From Patescibacteria group bacterium (GTDB lineage: Bacteria > Patescibacteriota > Microgenomatia > Levybacterales > GWA1-39-11): a stretch of DNA of 64,000 nucleotides. The notes under the pieces are model-generated. The model ran no database searches. It worked only from the letters and a program-made list of their open reading frames with translations, and was not told where the DNA came from. The stretch lies in contig DASZRG010000033.1 in NCBI GenBank assembly GCA_035549295.1, forward strand, positions 2,304 to 66,303. Reading direction: 5' to 3'. The position numbers and the translations under genes were made by a program. How positions within the stretch are numbered: position 1 is the stretch's first letter; each line of letters opens with the position of its first letter. This document shows positions 9,369-19,481 of this stretch, piece after piece.

Positions 9369-10010
9369 TTAACCTCCGTCTTCAATTTTTGATTCAACAT
9401 CTCGTTTTAAATCTACCGAATGATACGGGTTGTCACCAACACCAAAGTAAAACCGCCCGTAAGCTCCATGACCTATATGACTTGGAGTTCCATACGATCC
9501 TCCGGATCGATTCGTTGAAGTACTACTTTGTCCAGGAATATTCTGAGTCTTAGGTTGACCATCCGGATAAAATTCTTCTATAAAAGGGCGTGCAAGATCA
9601 ACAAATAACGCATGGTCTCTTATCAAAATCGAATTCATAGTATAATGAGGAGCATAAGTAGCTCCCGGACCCTGAGAATAACTAGCATGAGCAACAGGAA
9701 CTTTTCCTTTTAGCCTTTCTTTTAGCACTGATAAAGGCCTGCGACTGATATTTGTTCTTATATCAAATCCTTCTAAAACTGCTTTTCCTATACTCATAAA
9801 TCTCGGGTCTTTTCCCCTCATGAGCTTCTGGAGAATATACCCATTTGTCAATTTGGAATCAAAAAATGCCTGTAGCTTACTGTAATTTCTCTCGGCATCA
9901 ACAAACCCTACAAAATCATCAAAAGTATTTAAACCATCTAAAAAACTTAAATCTAATTCGGCCTCATCGGGGACGCCCTGTCCAATTTGATATTCAAAAC
10001 TCATCTTCAA
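9369..10010 (-). CDS. hypothetical protein (213 aa)
   Basis: ORF only. Confidence 0.45.
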   Translation of the reverse strand: MKMSFEYQIGQGVPDEAELDLSFLDGLNTFDDFVGFVDAERNYSKLQAFFDSKLTNGYILQKLMRGKDPRFMSIGKAVLEGFDIRTNISRRPLSVLKERLKGKVPVAHASYSQGPGATYAPHYTMNSILIRDHALFVDLARPFIEEFYPDGQPKTQNIPGQSSTSTNRSGGSYGTPSHIGHGAYGRFYFGVGDNPYHSVDLKRDVESKIEDGG

Positions 10011-10079
10011 ATTATAGCAAAATTGTAAAAATATATACTATGGGTTGCAAAAATGTCGTAATTATAGTTTAATACTCCG

Positions 10080-10838
10080 ATGGCAGGAGAAAGATACCAA
10101 GGCGGATATGAAAGCCGAGGTTTTAAGCTTACAAAAACAGAAGTAGATTTGTTTAGAACGCTGACAACGATGGATAGTCAAAGCAAGCTCCATGAAGCGC
10201 ACGGGATAACTTATGACAGCGCGGAACACCATATTAAAAGAGCTGCTGGAAGAAATAGACTAAATCCAAATGTAAAAAATTCTACTACCCAAGGCGCCGA
10301 AGTCAGAATCGTTGTTAATCTAATACGCGATGAGCAGATAGTATTAAAAAATCTTCCAGAGCAACTCGACTTCACAGATGATGAAACTACAGTGGTTGCC
10401 AGTTTACTTGAGGGATTTGACAGAAATGAAACCGCGGAACTAACTGGCTTCTCACTTCGTAAAGTGAGACACATTCTAGAAAGTATTTATGTAAAAACTG
10501 GATCAACAGGACGCGGTAAACGTGGAAATGTTCATGCAGCAGCCGTTATCACCGCTTGCGATGTCCGAGACATGCAAAGAAGGAGAAGGCCATACCAATC
10601 GGATACTCCAAAAGCTCGCCGAATGCCTTTCGTTTCAAGTTCTGTAAGAACTGTAAATCAAGTGCTCACCGAGAAAGCTATAGCTGAAGTTCCCGATATG
10701 GATTATCAAAAAGTTGAGGAGGCATGGTGGATATATGCCGCCAAACACAAAGAACAATTTATGGAAGCAATGCGCGAATATCCTACAGAATTGGCAGCGA
10801 ATGTCGACAAGCTTGTTGACAGTCTAGATTCGGAATGA
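10080..10838 (+). CDS. hypothetical protein with a LuxR/sigma-70 region-4-like HTH
   Basis: ETTVVASLLEGFDRNETAELTGFSLRKVRHILESIYVKTG resembles a LuxR-type HTH. Confidence 0.4.
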   Translation: MAGERYQGGYESRGFKLTKTEVDLFRTLTTMDSQSKLHEAHGITYDSAEHHIKRAAGRNRLNPNVKNSTTQGAEVRIVVNLIRDEQIVLKNLPEQLDFTDDETTVVASLLEGFDRNETAELTGFSLRKVRHILESIYVKTGSTGRGKRGNVHAAAVITACDVRDMQRRRRPYQSDTPKARRMPFVSSSVRTVNQVLTEKAIAEVPDMDYQKVEEAWWIYAAKHKEQFMEAMREYPTELAANVDKLVDSLDSE

Positions 10839-10855
10839 GAAAATTTGGATGAGCA

Positions 10856-10921
10856 CCTAACCTCACCCCAACCCTCTCCTGCTAGGAGAGGGAGATCAAG
10901 GTTTTAGGTTATTACTAAAAA
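10856..10921. repeat. composite repeat A: C-rich box, hairpin ccctctcc-tgcta-ggagaggg, then atcaaggttttag
   Basis: Related copies at 27790..27897 and 31775..31826. Confidence 0.7.
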
Positions 10922-10923
10922 CT

Positions 10924-11085
10924 ATGAATATTCCGCAGATACTTGAAACTCTAACTGATCTTATACTTCATTTCTCGTTTGAGAAGGCAAAAGATCAATC
11001 AAAGCTTGTAGCAGTTGTATTTGCTCTTGTCGCACTGGTGGTAATCTTCTTCGGATTCGTCTTTTCATTAATACCACAATTCTAA
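10924..11085 (+). CDS. small membrane protein (53 aa)
   Basis: ATG..TAA ORF, below the length cut-off of the provided track, with one C-terminal TM helix (LVAVVFALVALVVIFFGFVF). The 11085 repeat starts at its stop codon. Confidence 0.3.
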   Translation: MNIPQILETLTDLILHFSFEKAKDQSKLVAVVFALVALVVIFFGFVFSLIPQF

Positions 11086-11121
11086 GAGATTGCTTCGTCG
11101 CTTCGCTCCTCGCAATGACAT
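11085..11121. repeat. 37-bp repeat agagattgcttcgtcgcttcgctcctcgcaatgacat (intergenic copy)
   Basis: Matches 7018..7054 inside dprA. Confidence 0.8.
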
Positions 11122-11216
11122 TATAGTGATTAAGATTAAAAGAATTAGTGATTAGTCAATTCTCATTGGCGGGTTAACGAGTTGACTTTGGTTACAGAAA
11201 ACTGAATACTGAGATT

Positions 11217-11909
11217 GTGGGAGAAAATAAAATCGCGAGTAAAAGTTTTTATAATAGACTTCCAAAGTCTTTGACTACCGTAACGGGCTTTTCTAAATTT
11301 ATTGCACTTTGTCTTTTTATCCTCCTACCCTTCGCAGGATTTATGATAGGCGCGAGATATCAGGCAAAAATTGACTCAACTCTAATCAGTCAGACAACAC
11401 GTCAAACCTCAACCAGCAATAATTCAACGACTAGTAAATTACCAGATACGCAAAACTGGAAAACATATACAAATGCAAAATTTGGATTTTCGATAAAATA
11501 CCCTGCCGGTATTCCCGTCTACGTACCAGATACCCCAGTAATGCCGGACAATATTACAATACCACTGCCACAGCAAATCGCAACCGATGATACCTCAGAA
11601 AAAAATCTATTAATTATTATAAGAAAGTCAGATATGACTGCTGATCAAAACGTCCAAGAAAGAATCCATCAAGATAATCTATATAATACATCAGGAGGAA
11701 AATCTAATAGCAAAGTTTTAACTTTAGTAGGAAATAAATTCCAAATATTTATGCAAGATTTTCCAAGTTTAAAAGTTATAAAATTGGAATATTTTATTGA
11801 TAGAAATGGATATCTATATCAATTCAATATCAATACATCTTATCAAAACGAATCGCAAGTTGAAGATCTTGTAAATCAAATTCTTTCAACCTTCAAATTC
11901 ACAAAATAA
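11217..11909 (+). CDS. membrane-anchored protein with one PsbP-like module (cassette gene 1)
   Basis: GTG start. N-terminal TM helix. Module starts NWKTYTNAKFGFSIKYP and the protein ends ILSTFKFTK-stop. Confidence 0.6.
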   Translation: MGENKIASKSFYNRLPKSLTTVTGFSKFIALCLFILLPFAGFMIGARYQAKIDSTLISQTTRQTSTSNNSTTSKLPDTQNWKTYTNAKFGFSIKYPAGIPVYVPDTPVMPDNITIPLPQQIATDDTSEKNLLIIIRKSDMTADQNVQERIHQDNLYNTSGGKSNSKVLTLVGNKFQIFMQDFPSLKVIKLEYFIDRNGYLYQFNINTSYQNESQVEDLVNQILSTFKFTK

Positions 11910-11910
11910 T

Positions 11911-13374
11911 ATGGAAGCAAATAAAAATACTCAGACGGATCCTACTTTACCAGCGCAATCTGATCCGTTGCAATCAATTAATCCAGTTGCACCAAATAAA
12001 TACCTAAGAATATTTATCATCTTTTTGTGTTTTTTTGTTGGTATCCCACTTATTCTCATACCTATTATTATTGCAATTTTTGTTGTACCGCAACTAATGA
12101 GTCTATATAGTCATCTAGAAATTCATAATAAACCTAGCTACTTTCTAATTTATTCTGAACTATTTATTGCTGCGGCGCTTGGTGGACTAAATCCATTTTT
12201 TGGGATAAAGCTTATAAAGCACCCGACGAATCTAAAGAAAGCCGCAACTATCGCGATCCTAACCTTTTTCATTCAGGGTGTTGTGTTGGCATTAAGCTTA
12301 ATACCAATTCTTACTCCTATTTATTCACTGGTCAATCAAATCCAGGATGAGCCAACAAAAGAAAATACAAGTGTAAATCAAATAAAACCGCTCAAAACCT
12401 ATACGAATACAGAATACAATTATTCTCTAAGTTATCCTTCCAACTTGAATATTATTCCTCACGATTCCACAGCATCAAATACTTTCTCATTGACGAACAA
12501 ACCCAATCCTAAAAATGATCTGTATCCTGTTGATGAAGACAAAAAATATTTTGAGATTGAGGTGATGGTTAGTCCGGCCGATGGCCAGTCAATCAATGAC
12601 ATAGCAACAAGAATGGATAACTATAAAAATAGATCTGACTATGTAAGAACTCCCTACAAATTAGACGGAATAAATGGATATAAAGGGACAGATATTTCTG
12701 TTGACTCGTATACCATGGGGGTTGAAGTAATTAAAGACAATTACGATTATTTTATTGCTCTTAGAAAGTTTGATGACAAAAATACAGAGGGGATCAATGA
12801 TTTTAATCGAATTCTATCACTATTCAAATTTACAAACTTAACCGATGAACACCTCTGGAAAACTTATTCTAATGATGCATACGGATTCTCACTTCAGTAC
12901 CCGTCTAATTTGAAAATCGATCCTCCCGTATCAAGCGGGACCCTAGTTCCACCTTTTAACGGAAAGAGTCCGGAATTTAATAAAACGTTTATCGATACCG
13001 ATACCTACCACTACACATCGGATGACTTTATTCAAAATATTGATACTGGATATCGCTACAATGGATTCGTAATTTTTATATCCGATAATCCCGACAATGA
13101 AGATTTTTATACTTTTGCCAAAAATAACGCAACATCTATCGCATCTGCGGTTCAACCTTACACGCATAAAACTTACACAATAAATGTTACCAAAACCGAA
13201 ATAGGCGGAAGAGAAGCTTATTATTACAGTGGTTTTGAGCCACTAATATTCAACTTCTATATGGTCAGGCTTACCGATAGCAAATTCTTAATTCTTACGA
13301 ATGTGGAAGAAGCGAACGGACAATTTACTCAACAATTCCAAAAAATTCTCTCAACCATTAAATTTACAAACTAA
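11911..13374 (+). CDS. polytopic membrane protein with two PsbP-like modules (cassette gene 2)
   Basis: Four N-terminal TM helices. Modules begin LKTYTNTEYNYSLSYP and LWKTYSNDAYGFSLQYP. They end ILSLFKFTN (internal) and ILSTIKFTN-stop. Confidence 0.6.
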   Translation: MEANKNTQTDPTLPAQSDPLQSINPVAPNKYLRIFIIFLCFFVGIPLILIPIIIAIFVVPQLMSLYSHLEIHNKPSYFLIYSELFIAAALGGLNPFFGIKLIKHPTNLKKAATIAILTFFIQGVVLALSLIPILTPIYSLVNQIQDEPTKENTSVNQIKPLKTYTNTEYNYSLSYPSNLNIIPHDSTASNTFSLTNKPNPKNDLYPVDEDKKYFEIEVMVSPADGQSINDIATRMDNYKNRSDYVRTPYKLDGINGYKGTDISVDSYTMGVEVIKDNYDYFIALRKFDDKNTEGINDFNRILSLFKFTNLTDEHLWKTYSNDAYGFSLQYPSNLKIDPPVSSGTLVPPFNGKSPEFNKTFIDTDTYHYTSDDFIQNIDTGYRYNGFVIFISDNPDNEDFYTFAKNNATSIASAVQPYTHKTYTINVTKTEIGGREAYYYSGFEPLIFNFYMVRLTDSKFLILTNVEEANGQFTQQFQKILSTIKFTN

Positions 13375-13376
13375 AA

Positions 13377-15104
13377 ATGGACGACAACACACGAAACCCA
13401 GAACAGGACGATCAACCAGTGCAAGTCGCAAGAAAGCAAACAATAAATGACCTGAGATATCAAATCACCCAACTGCCATACATCTGGTACTTAAGTTTCA
13501 CTCTTTATGCGCTATCTCTAGGATCATTTTCTCCGTTTTTTTCCTTAATTTCGATTATTGGAATTGTATGTATATTTCTGTCGTTATTATCGTTTGCCTC
13601 ATTTGTATTTTTTATACCAAGATTTTTTAGAGTTTTTTATCTCTATGCCTTGGAAAACGGCTTCCCAGCCCTAGTCAAAGATATAAGAAGTCTCCAATTT
13701 GATAAACCTCAAAAAATTGCAATGGCTATTGTGTTTGTGTATTTCTTGATAATATTTGTAGTGTTAGTGCTGTTTGTTGCTTCAAATTTATTGCTGAACA
13801 TTACAATTCGACCTTCTATTATTCTCTCTATTGCTCGATTCCCAATATGGATCATCCTGTATTTAGATGCATATCTCCTGTTAAATTACAAAACAAATAT
13901 ACTTAAGAAATTTTCCATCCCTCAAACAACCTTAACTAAATCTATTTTCAACTCACTCGTTGGAATTTTAGTCCTAATACCCTTCTGCCTTACATCGCTA
14001 GTTGTATACTCTGCTTTTTACTCGAGAATTCACCCAGCAAAAGTTGCGTGCACGGCTGAAGCAAAGATTTGCCCTGACGGCACAACCGTTGGTCGTTCTG
14101 GTCCAACTTGCGAATTCACAAAATGCCCACCCCAAAAAACAACCGCAACAAATAACGATGCAGAAACTGCAAGATGGAAAACTTATACAAATACAAAAAT
14201 TGGCTACACAATAAAATATCCTCCTAGTTTCACTGAGCCAAATGTTCCCTGTGCTTCCTTTTGCCTTGCAAATGGCACCGAGGAGAATACTTTAATAAGT
14301 TTTTATGATAAAAACAGTAACGGCTACTCATTAACAGCATTTAAATCAATGAGCACTCTTGAACAGATAGTTAAAGAAAGGCAAACTGCTACAACATTCT
14401 CAGATATTGTTCCTCAATTTTTCCCAGACAAACCAATTAAATCTTTAAAAACAACCACCATAGATGGAATAACCACCTATTGGTATTCAACAGATCACAT
14501 CAATAAAGATGGTTCAAGTGGTGTCGACATTTACTTTTTCCAGAATGGTTACGCATTTATTTTCAGGGCTGGTGAATTTTCAAAAATAAATCAAAAACAA
14601 CTAGACGGAATGCTTTCAACATTCAAGTTCACAAACCAAAATCAAACTAGTGATAATTCAAATTGGAATGATGGGGTTATTGGTAATTTAACTTTTAAAT
14701 ATCCTTCACAATACCATGGAGGTTATGTATGCGGTAACAAGTCTGAATTTTTCATTGATACAGGTCCAATCCCTCAACAATGTCCATATGGCGATGATAC
14801 TCCAGCTTTTAATTTGGGCTTTACAAAAAATGAGACTTTGGCACAGGCAAAAAAAGATTTTCTAAGTAAAACAGGACGCATTGATCAAACAACTAAGGAT
14901 ATTGTGATAGACGGACGCGCGTCACTTGAAACAAAAGAAGTTTGGCCACCAGGACAAGATGTGGTAAATCACAATAATTGGGCTATATATATTGCAGATG
15001 GCCAGGATTTGTATGGTTTTTATTCTTTTGACCTACATATAAAAGCCGCAGACCAAGAAAAATATTTTGATCAAATTGCCTCAACCTTCAAATTCACGAA
15101 ATAA
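13377..15104 (+). CDS. polytopic membrane protein with a Cys-rich linker and two PsbP-like modules (cassette gene 3)
   Basis: Five to six TM helices. Linker CTAEAKICPDGTTVGRSGPTCEFTKCPP. Module 1 runs RWKTYTNTKIGYTIKYP to MLSTFKFTN. Module 2 ends IASTFKFTK-stop. Confidence 0.6.
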   Translation: MDDNTRNPEQDDQPVQVARKQTINDLRYQITQLPYIWYLSFTLYALSLGSFSPFFSLISIIGIVCIFLSLLSFASFVFFIPRFFRVFYLYALENGFPALVKDIRSLQFDKPQKIAMAIVFVYFLIIFVVLVLFVASNLLLNITIRPSIILSIARFPIWIILYLDAYLLLNYKTNILKKFSIPQTTLTKSIFNSLVGILVLIPFCLTSLVVYSAFYSRIHPAKVACTAEAKICPDGTTVGRSGPTCEFTKCPPQKTTATNNDAETARWKTYTNTKIGYTIKYPPSFTEPNVPCASFCLANGTEENTLISFYDKNSNGYSLTAFKSMSTLEQIVKERQTATTFSDIVPQFFPDKPIKSLKTTTIDGITTYWYSTDHINKDGSSGVDIYFFQNGYAFIFRAGEFSKINQKQLDGMLSTFKFTNQNQTSDNSNWNDGVIGNLTFKYPSQYHGGYVCGNKSEFFIDTGPIPQQCPYGDDTPAFNLGFTKNETLAQAKKDFLSKTGRIDQTTKDIVIDGRASLETKEVWPPGQDVVNHNNWAIYIADGQDLYGFYSFDLHIKAADQEKYFDQIASTFKFTK

Positions 15105-15105
15105 T

Positions 15106-16293
15106 ATGGAAGAAAGTAAAGTAGCTGATACAATCGAACCCGCCTTGAGTCCTACTCAAATAAATATTTCCGAAGCTGAAAAAAGAGAAACGAACAATAA
15201 AAAAAAGTTGTTTAAAAAGATCCTATTCGCGATACTTATTATTGTTGTTATTCTAGTAATTCATGCAATAGCGGATTGGCTTGGGGTATATACGCTATTT
15301 CAAAAACCCGAGAACACAGCGCTTCACGATGATATTTCGATGTGGCACAACTCACCTCAAGTGCCGTCATTCGAAACGCCAGCAAACTGGAAAACATATA
15401 CAAGTACTCCCGGGGCATACAAAATATCTTATCCACCTGACTACACAATAAATACTGGCCATTCGATGGGAGTTGATGGCGTCATCACTGTAGAATCTGA
15501 CAGTTACACAGAACTAATTTCAACAACCATACCTACCACAAATGAAAATATGAAAATCAGCATAGATTCGAAGCTAACAGATTACAAAACTATAGACGAT
15601 GTAGCTAGCAGCGACTGTGCCGATGCAAAAAAGGGAAGAGGGGAAGTTTATGAGCGACTCGACGGGGCGCCCTCATTGATATATCGAAATATTAACTGCG
15701 GCCCGCGATCCTCGACCAAAATTTACACCATTAATAGTGGCCGTGCCTATTCAATAACTGTTGAAAGTAATATAGAAGACGAAAAAATACGGCCGATCTA
15801 CAGCGACATACTTTTAACATTTAAATTTGCGCCTAGCAAAACTCTTGATACCTCAGATTGGAAAACATATACAAATGCAGAATTTGGATTCTCATTCAAA
15901 TATCCGAGCAAATTTACAATCAAAGAAGTGAGATATTATGATGCTGAAGGGAACTATAGAAATAAACTATACCCCGATGTTTATTACTTAATTTCGTTTT
16001 ATATAAATGAAGATGGAAAAGAAGGTTATTCAAGCTATACTTTCATCGCACAAGATTATGCTGAAAATACTATTTCGCAAGCATTTAAAGACATAAAAAC
16101 GATTCCAATTACAAAACCAAATGGTGTAGATGAGGCGTCCGCAACTAGTCACCAGCTGGACAGTGGCAACTTTGACACGATCTATAGAATTGGCAATAAA
16201 TACTACTATTTTGAACCTACTATTCAAGACAGTACAAGCCGTGAACACATATGGGATTATCCAATCCTGTCAACAATTAAATTCACAAAATAG
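15106..16293 (+). CDS. membrane-anchored protein with two PsbP-like modules (cassette gene 4)
   Basis: Start chosen at MEESK to mirror the MEANK start of gene 2. The gene junction aaattcacgaaataatatggaag duplicates the gene1/gene2 junction. Modules begin NWKTYTSTPGAYKISYP and DWKTYTNAEFGFSFKYP. The protein ends ILSTIKFTK-stop. Confidence 0.6.
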   Translation: MEESKVADTIEPALSPTQINISEAEKRETNNKKKLFKKILFAILIIVVILVIHAIADWLGVYTLFQKPENTALHDDISMWHNSPQVPSFETPANWKTYTSTPGAYKISYPPDYTINTGHSMGVDGVITVESDSYTELISTTIPTTNENMKISIDSKLTDYKTIDDVASSDCADAKKGRGEVYERLDGAPSLIYRNINCGPRSSTKIYTINSGRAYSITVESNIEDEKIRPIYSDILLTFKFAPSKTLDTSDWKTYTNAEFGFSFKYPSKFTIKEVRYYDAEGNYRNKLYPDVYYLISFYINEDGKEGYSSYTFIAQDYAENTISQAFKDIKTIPITKPNGVDEASATSHQLDSGNFDTIYRIGNKYYYFEPTIQDSTSREHIWDYPILSTIKFTK

Positions 16294-16377
16294 TATTTTT
16301 TAATGATTAGTCGGGAATTGTTAACAGGTATATCTCTATAATTTGCGTCATGCTGAATTTATTTCAGCATCTCGCTT

Positions 16378-16406
16378 TCGAGGTCCTGAAACAAGTTCAG
16401 GACGAC
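16378..16406. repeat. hairpin repeat tcgaggtcctgaaacaagttcaggacgac
   Basis: Stem gtcctgaa/ttcaggac. Adjacent second hairpin gctgaatttatttcagc at 16352..16368. Confidence 0.75.
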
Positions 16407-16415
16407 AATTCGATA

Positions 16416-16447
16416 TCTTGTCAATTGTTAATTGTCAGTGGTCAATT
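16416..16447. repeat. caattgac direct-repeat motif at the PBP2 3' end
   Basis: ttgtcaattgttaattgtcagtggtcaattg. It is the reverse complement of the motif at 20987..21019. Confidence 0.6.
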
Positions 16448-18214
16448 GTTTTTCTTCGTGAAGTAATCAGTGAGGATTTGCTTTGCTATGGGTCCTGCGA
16501 TAGATGATCCTTCTCCTCCATTTTCGACCAGAACTGTAACGGCAATTTCCGGATGGTTAAATGGCGCAAAGACTGTGATCCATGCATCGGGCGCTTTATC
16601 AGGAGAAGTCTCAGCAGTTCCAGTCTTACATGCAACTTTTACATGCACCATGTTGGCTCCGGCCGATGCATCCTGCGTATAGTCAATATTGTCGATTTTA
16701 AGCTTGGGATTTTTTACTTTAAAATCAAAAAGGGGCCATGCAACTCCGCCAGTATCGCATGCTTCAAGCATTCCTTGTCGAACCAAATTTATATTACCAG
16801 GCTTTATGAACCCTGTCTTTATAGCTTTTGTTTGGTCGGCCAAAAGATGCGGCTGCCAGAGAGTCCCACCATTGGCAAAAACTTCTGTAAATGAATTCAC
16901 CTGAAGAGGTGTCGCAAGAATATATCCCTGTCCGATTCCATAATTGTAGGTATCTCCCAAATACCATTGCTCCCCGATATTTTTCTCTTTCCATTCTATA
17001 GTCGGGATTGTTCCTTCTGCTTCCGATGGCAAATCTATATTTAACTTTGACCCCATTCCAAACGTCCTTGCCCATGAGGAAATATAATCAACACCTGTTT
17101 TTTCAGCAGTCTTGTAAAAGAAAATATCATTTGAGCGCTTGATAGCACCTACTATATTTAGGTTTCCCTCCGTCCTGCCATATTGCAAATAATACCAATT
17201 ACCAAATGAGAAGGTCCCGACTTTCAAAATACCTGTATCTTCTATCTCTGTGTTTTCGTCAATCGAACCTTTCTCAAGTGCTGCCGTTGCTGCGACTAGT
17301 TTAAAAGTCGACCCTGGGGGATACGCCCCACCTGTGGCACGATCAAGAAGCGGCAGACCCTGCGAGTCACTCAGAACGCTCTGAACATCTTTGTATTGTC
17401 CCTCAGGTTTGTAGCTTGCCGGATGCGTAAAAAGATTTGGGTCAAATGAAGGAGCTGAGAAAAGCGCTAAAATTCCACCATTGCGAGGATCGGAAACAAC
17501 TACGGCACCGTGCTCAACCCCCTTCATAGCGGACTCGACAGACAAACCGATATCACCATCAAGCGTTGTATTTAGATTGTATCCGGGAGTTGGTGGATCC
17601 TCACCAAGTTGCCTAACGAGAACTCCACGCGAATCAACTTCATACAAAAACTTTCCATCAACCCCATGAAGATATTTTTCATATTCTTTTTCAAGTCCTG
17701 ATTTACCAACAAAATCATAAGACGAATAATCGTCAAATTCTGGAAGATTTATTTCGTCCGGTGATATTTGACCAATGTATCCAACAACATGCGCAAAAGC
17801 ACCTGCTTCACGATAGTCACGTAGTACATCGTTCTGGACAGGTTTGCCATCAGATATCATACGAAGCGCTTCGTCTTTTGAAAGAAGTCGTACTTTCCCG
17901 TTTTCAATTATTTTAAATGAGGGACTATTTGATACAAGCGGCTTACCATTTCTGTCAAAAATTATTCCGCGGGGAGCCGATATAGATAGTGTTCTGGTCC
18001 TATTTTGGTCTGACAAAGTTTTGTAGTAATCCCCTCTTAAAATTTGCAGATAGAAAAGTCGAGCAAGAATAATTCCAAAGAAAAGAAAAAGGAAAAATAG
18101 TGGCGCAAGCACAAGCACTTCATCAGAAATAAGATTACTTCGCGATCTAGATCTTGAGATCCTTTCACCTTTTACACTGTCAAAAAAAGCTGGACCAACC
18201 TTTATTTTAGGCAT
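16442..18214 (-). CDS. mrdA: penicillin-binding protein 2 (peptidoglycan D,D-transpeptidase)
   Basis: N-terminal TM helix. SxxK (GSTFKLV), SxN (RSNDIFF) and KTG (KTGTAE) are in the right order. Located immediately downstream of mreCD. Confidence 0.85.
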   Translation of the reverse strand: MPKIKVGPAFFDSVKGERISRSRSRSNLISDEVLVLAPLFFLFLFFGIILARLFYLQILRGDYYKTLSDQNRTRTLSISAPRGIIFDRNGKPLVSNSPSFKIIENGKVRLLSKDEALRMISDGKPVQNDVLRDYREAGAFAHVVGYIGQISPDEINLPEFDDYSSYDFVGKSGLEKEYEKYLHGVDGKFLYEVDSRGVLVRQLGEDPPTPGYNLNTTLDGDIGLSVESAMKGVEHGAVVVSDPRNGGILALFSAPSFDPNLFTHPASYKPEGQYKDVQSVLSDSQGLPLLDRATGGAYPPGSTFKLVAATAALEKGSIDENTEIEDTGILKVGTFSFGNWYYLQYGRTEGNLNIVGAIKRSNDIFFYKTAEKTGVDYISSWARTFGMGSKLNIDLPSEAEGTIPTIEWKEKNIGEQWYLGDTYNYGIGQGYILATPLQVNSFTEVFANGGTLWQPHLLADQTKAIKTGFIKPGNINLVRQGMLEACDTGGVAWPLFDFKVKNPKLKIDNIDYTQDASAGANMVHVKVACKTGTAETSPDKAPDAWITVFAPFNHPEIAVTVLVENGGEGSSIAGPIAKQILTDYFTKKNN

Positions 18215-18283
18215 TGCTATATTTAAAAAATTTCAAATTTATAATATCAAATATCCAATTTCAAATAATTCAAACGTATTTTT

Positions 18284-18694
18284 TTAGAATAGGAATTTGG
18301 ACTTTGAGAAGTAAGAAAATGTCACACCTGCAAGCGCAAAAATTAATAAGTAAATTATCAAGTTGGTGGTATAGCCTGAAATTAATGCGTAAAGATATGT
18401 TAGAACGAAAATCATAAGCAAGACTATTTTATATTCTTTAATTTCAAACAAACGACGAGCTGAATAAATAGATATAAAAGAAATAGATAATAGCAGTGGT
18501 GTTAAACCAACATTTGATGCTTTGATGGCATCAAGCAAAAATGCTAGAAACATAAGAATTATAATAGTCGCGGTCTCGGGTAAAAATAAATAAGTTATTA
18601 TTGAAAAAATAAAAAAGATTGGAAGAGATGTCAAAACACTATCAAAAAAAAGCGAAGTGAAAACTAAAAGAAACAACAAATATCTGGAATTCAT
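18284..18694 (-). CDS. mreD: rod shape-determining protein MreD (start trimmed to MNSRY)
   Basis: Small polytopic membrane protein between mreC and PBP2. The ATG overlaps the mreC stop in an ATGA arrangement. The longest ORF (to 18835) would overlap mreC by 140 nt. Confidence 0.5.
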   Translation of the reverse strand: MNSRYLLFLLVFTSLFFDSVLTSLPIFFIFSIITYLFLPETATIIILMFLAFLLDAIKASNVGLTPLLLSISFISIYSARRLFEIKEYKIVLLMIFVLTYLYALISGYTTNLIIYLLIFALAGVTFSYFSKSKFLF

Positions 18695-18695
18695 C

Positions 18696-19481
18696 TTAAA
18701 ACTTTTCAACCACAAAGACAGTTTCGAGGCGACTAAAATCAATAGTCGTTTCGATTTTGGCTGTTTGAAATGGGAGACTCGGACTTTTGTTAACTGACAC
18801 AATCTTGCCAATAACAAGCTCTGGTGGAATACCAATCCCAGAACTTCCCACGTCTCCCGCTGTCAAAAGAAACGTATTGTTGTTAATCGTGTCGTTGATG
18901 GAGACACGATCCAGCAAAATAAAATCCTGATCGCCATGAGCAACACCTGGCGCACCTGTGTCTGATGCTTTGGCAAGTGTTACAAAATCTGGATTGATAG
19001 TCAGAATAACCTCAGAAAAGACAGGCGTAACTTTGCCAAGTTTTCCGATCAAATTATTCCCCTCAACAACCGCCATTCCCGTCTTCATCCCTAGATCTGA
19101 ACCATGATCTATCGTAAGCGTAATTGGTTGAAAAAAAGAACCGGTAAAACCAATAACTTTGACCGGTGAAAGTGTGTAAGATTTAGTTTCAGTAGTATCA
19201 AATTGTGAGCGAAAGGCGTCGTTATCGCGCTTAATACGATCGTAATCTAAGAGTTTTTGGGTGAGCTCCAAATTTTCTTTTTTGAGCTTTTCGGCTGGAC
19301 TTCCTTTCCCTGTTAGCTCGTTGTCATCGGATCGCATACCATAAATAATAGACTTTGGAACTTTGAACGTATTTTGGGCTATTGCGGCAAGCGCGCTGAA
19401 AGGCCAAGAATTATTGTTAAGTAAAATAAGAAGTGATAAAGTAAGAAAAATAAAAAGTACAGCGAGTTGTATTTTTTTCAT
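18696..19481 (-). CDS. mreC: rod shape-determining protein MreC (start at MKKIQ)
   Basis: N-terminal TM helix, coiled-coil region (ELTQKLLDYDRIKRDNDAFRSQ), then beta-rich C-terminus. Followed by mreD and PBP2. Confidence 0.65.
   Translation of the reverse strand: MKKIQLAVLFIFLTLSLLILLNNNSWPFSALAAIAQNTFKVPKSIIYGMRSDDNELTGKGSPAEKLKKENLELTQKLLDYDRIKRDNDAFRSQFDTTETKSYTLSPVKVIGFTGSFFQPITLTIDHGSDLGMKTGMAVVEGNNLIGKLGKVTPVFSEVILTINPDFVTLAKASDTGAPGVAHGDQDFILLDRVSINDTINNNTFLLTAGDVGSSGIGIPPELVIGKIVSVNKSPSLPFQTAKIETTIDFSRLETVFVVEKF

Noticed and set aside
18284-18835. Longest-ORF version of mreD (183 aa)
   Set aside because: It would overlap mreC by 140 nt. The internal ATG at 18694 gives an ATGA stop-start coupling and a typical MreD size.
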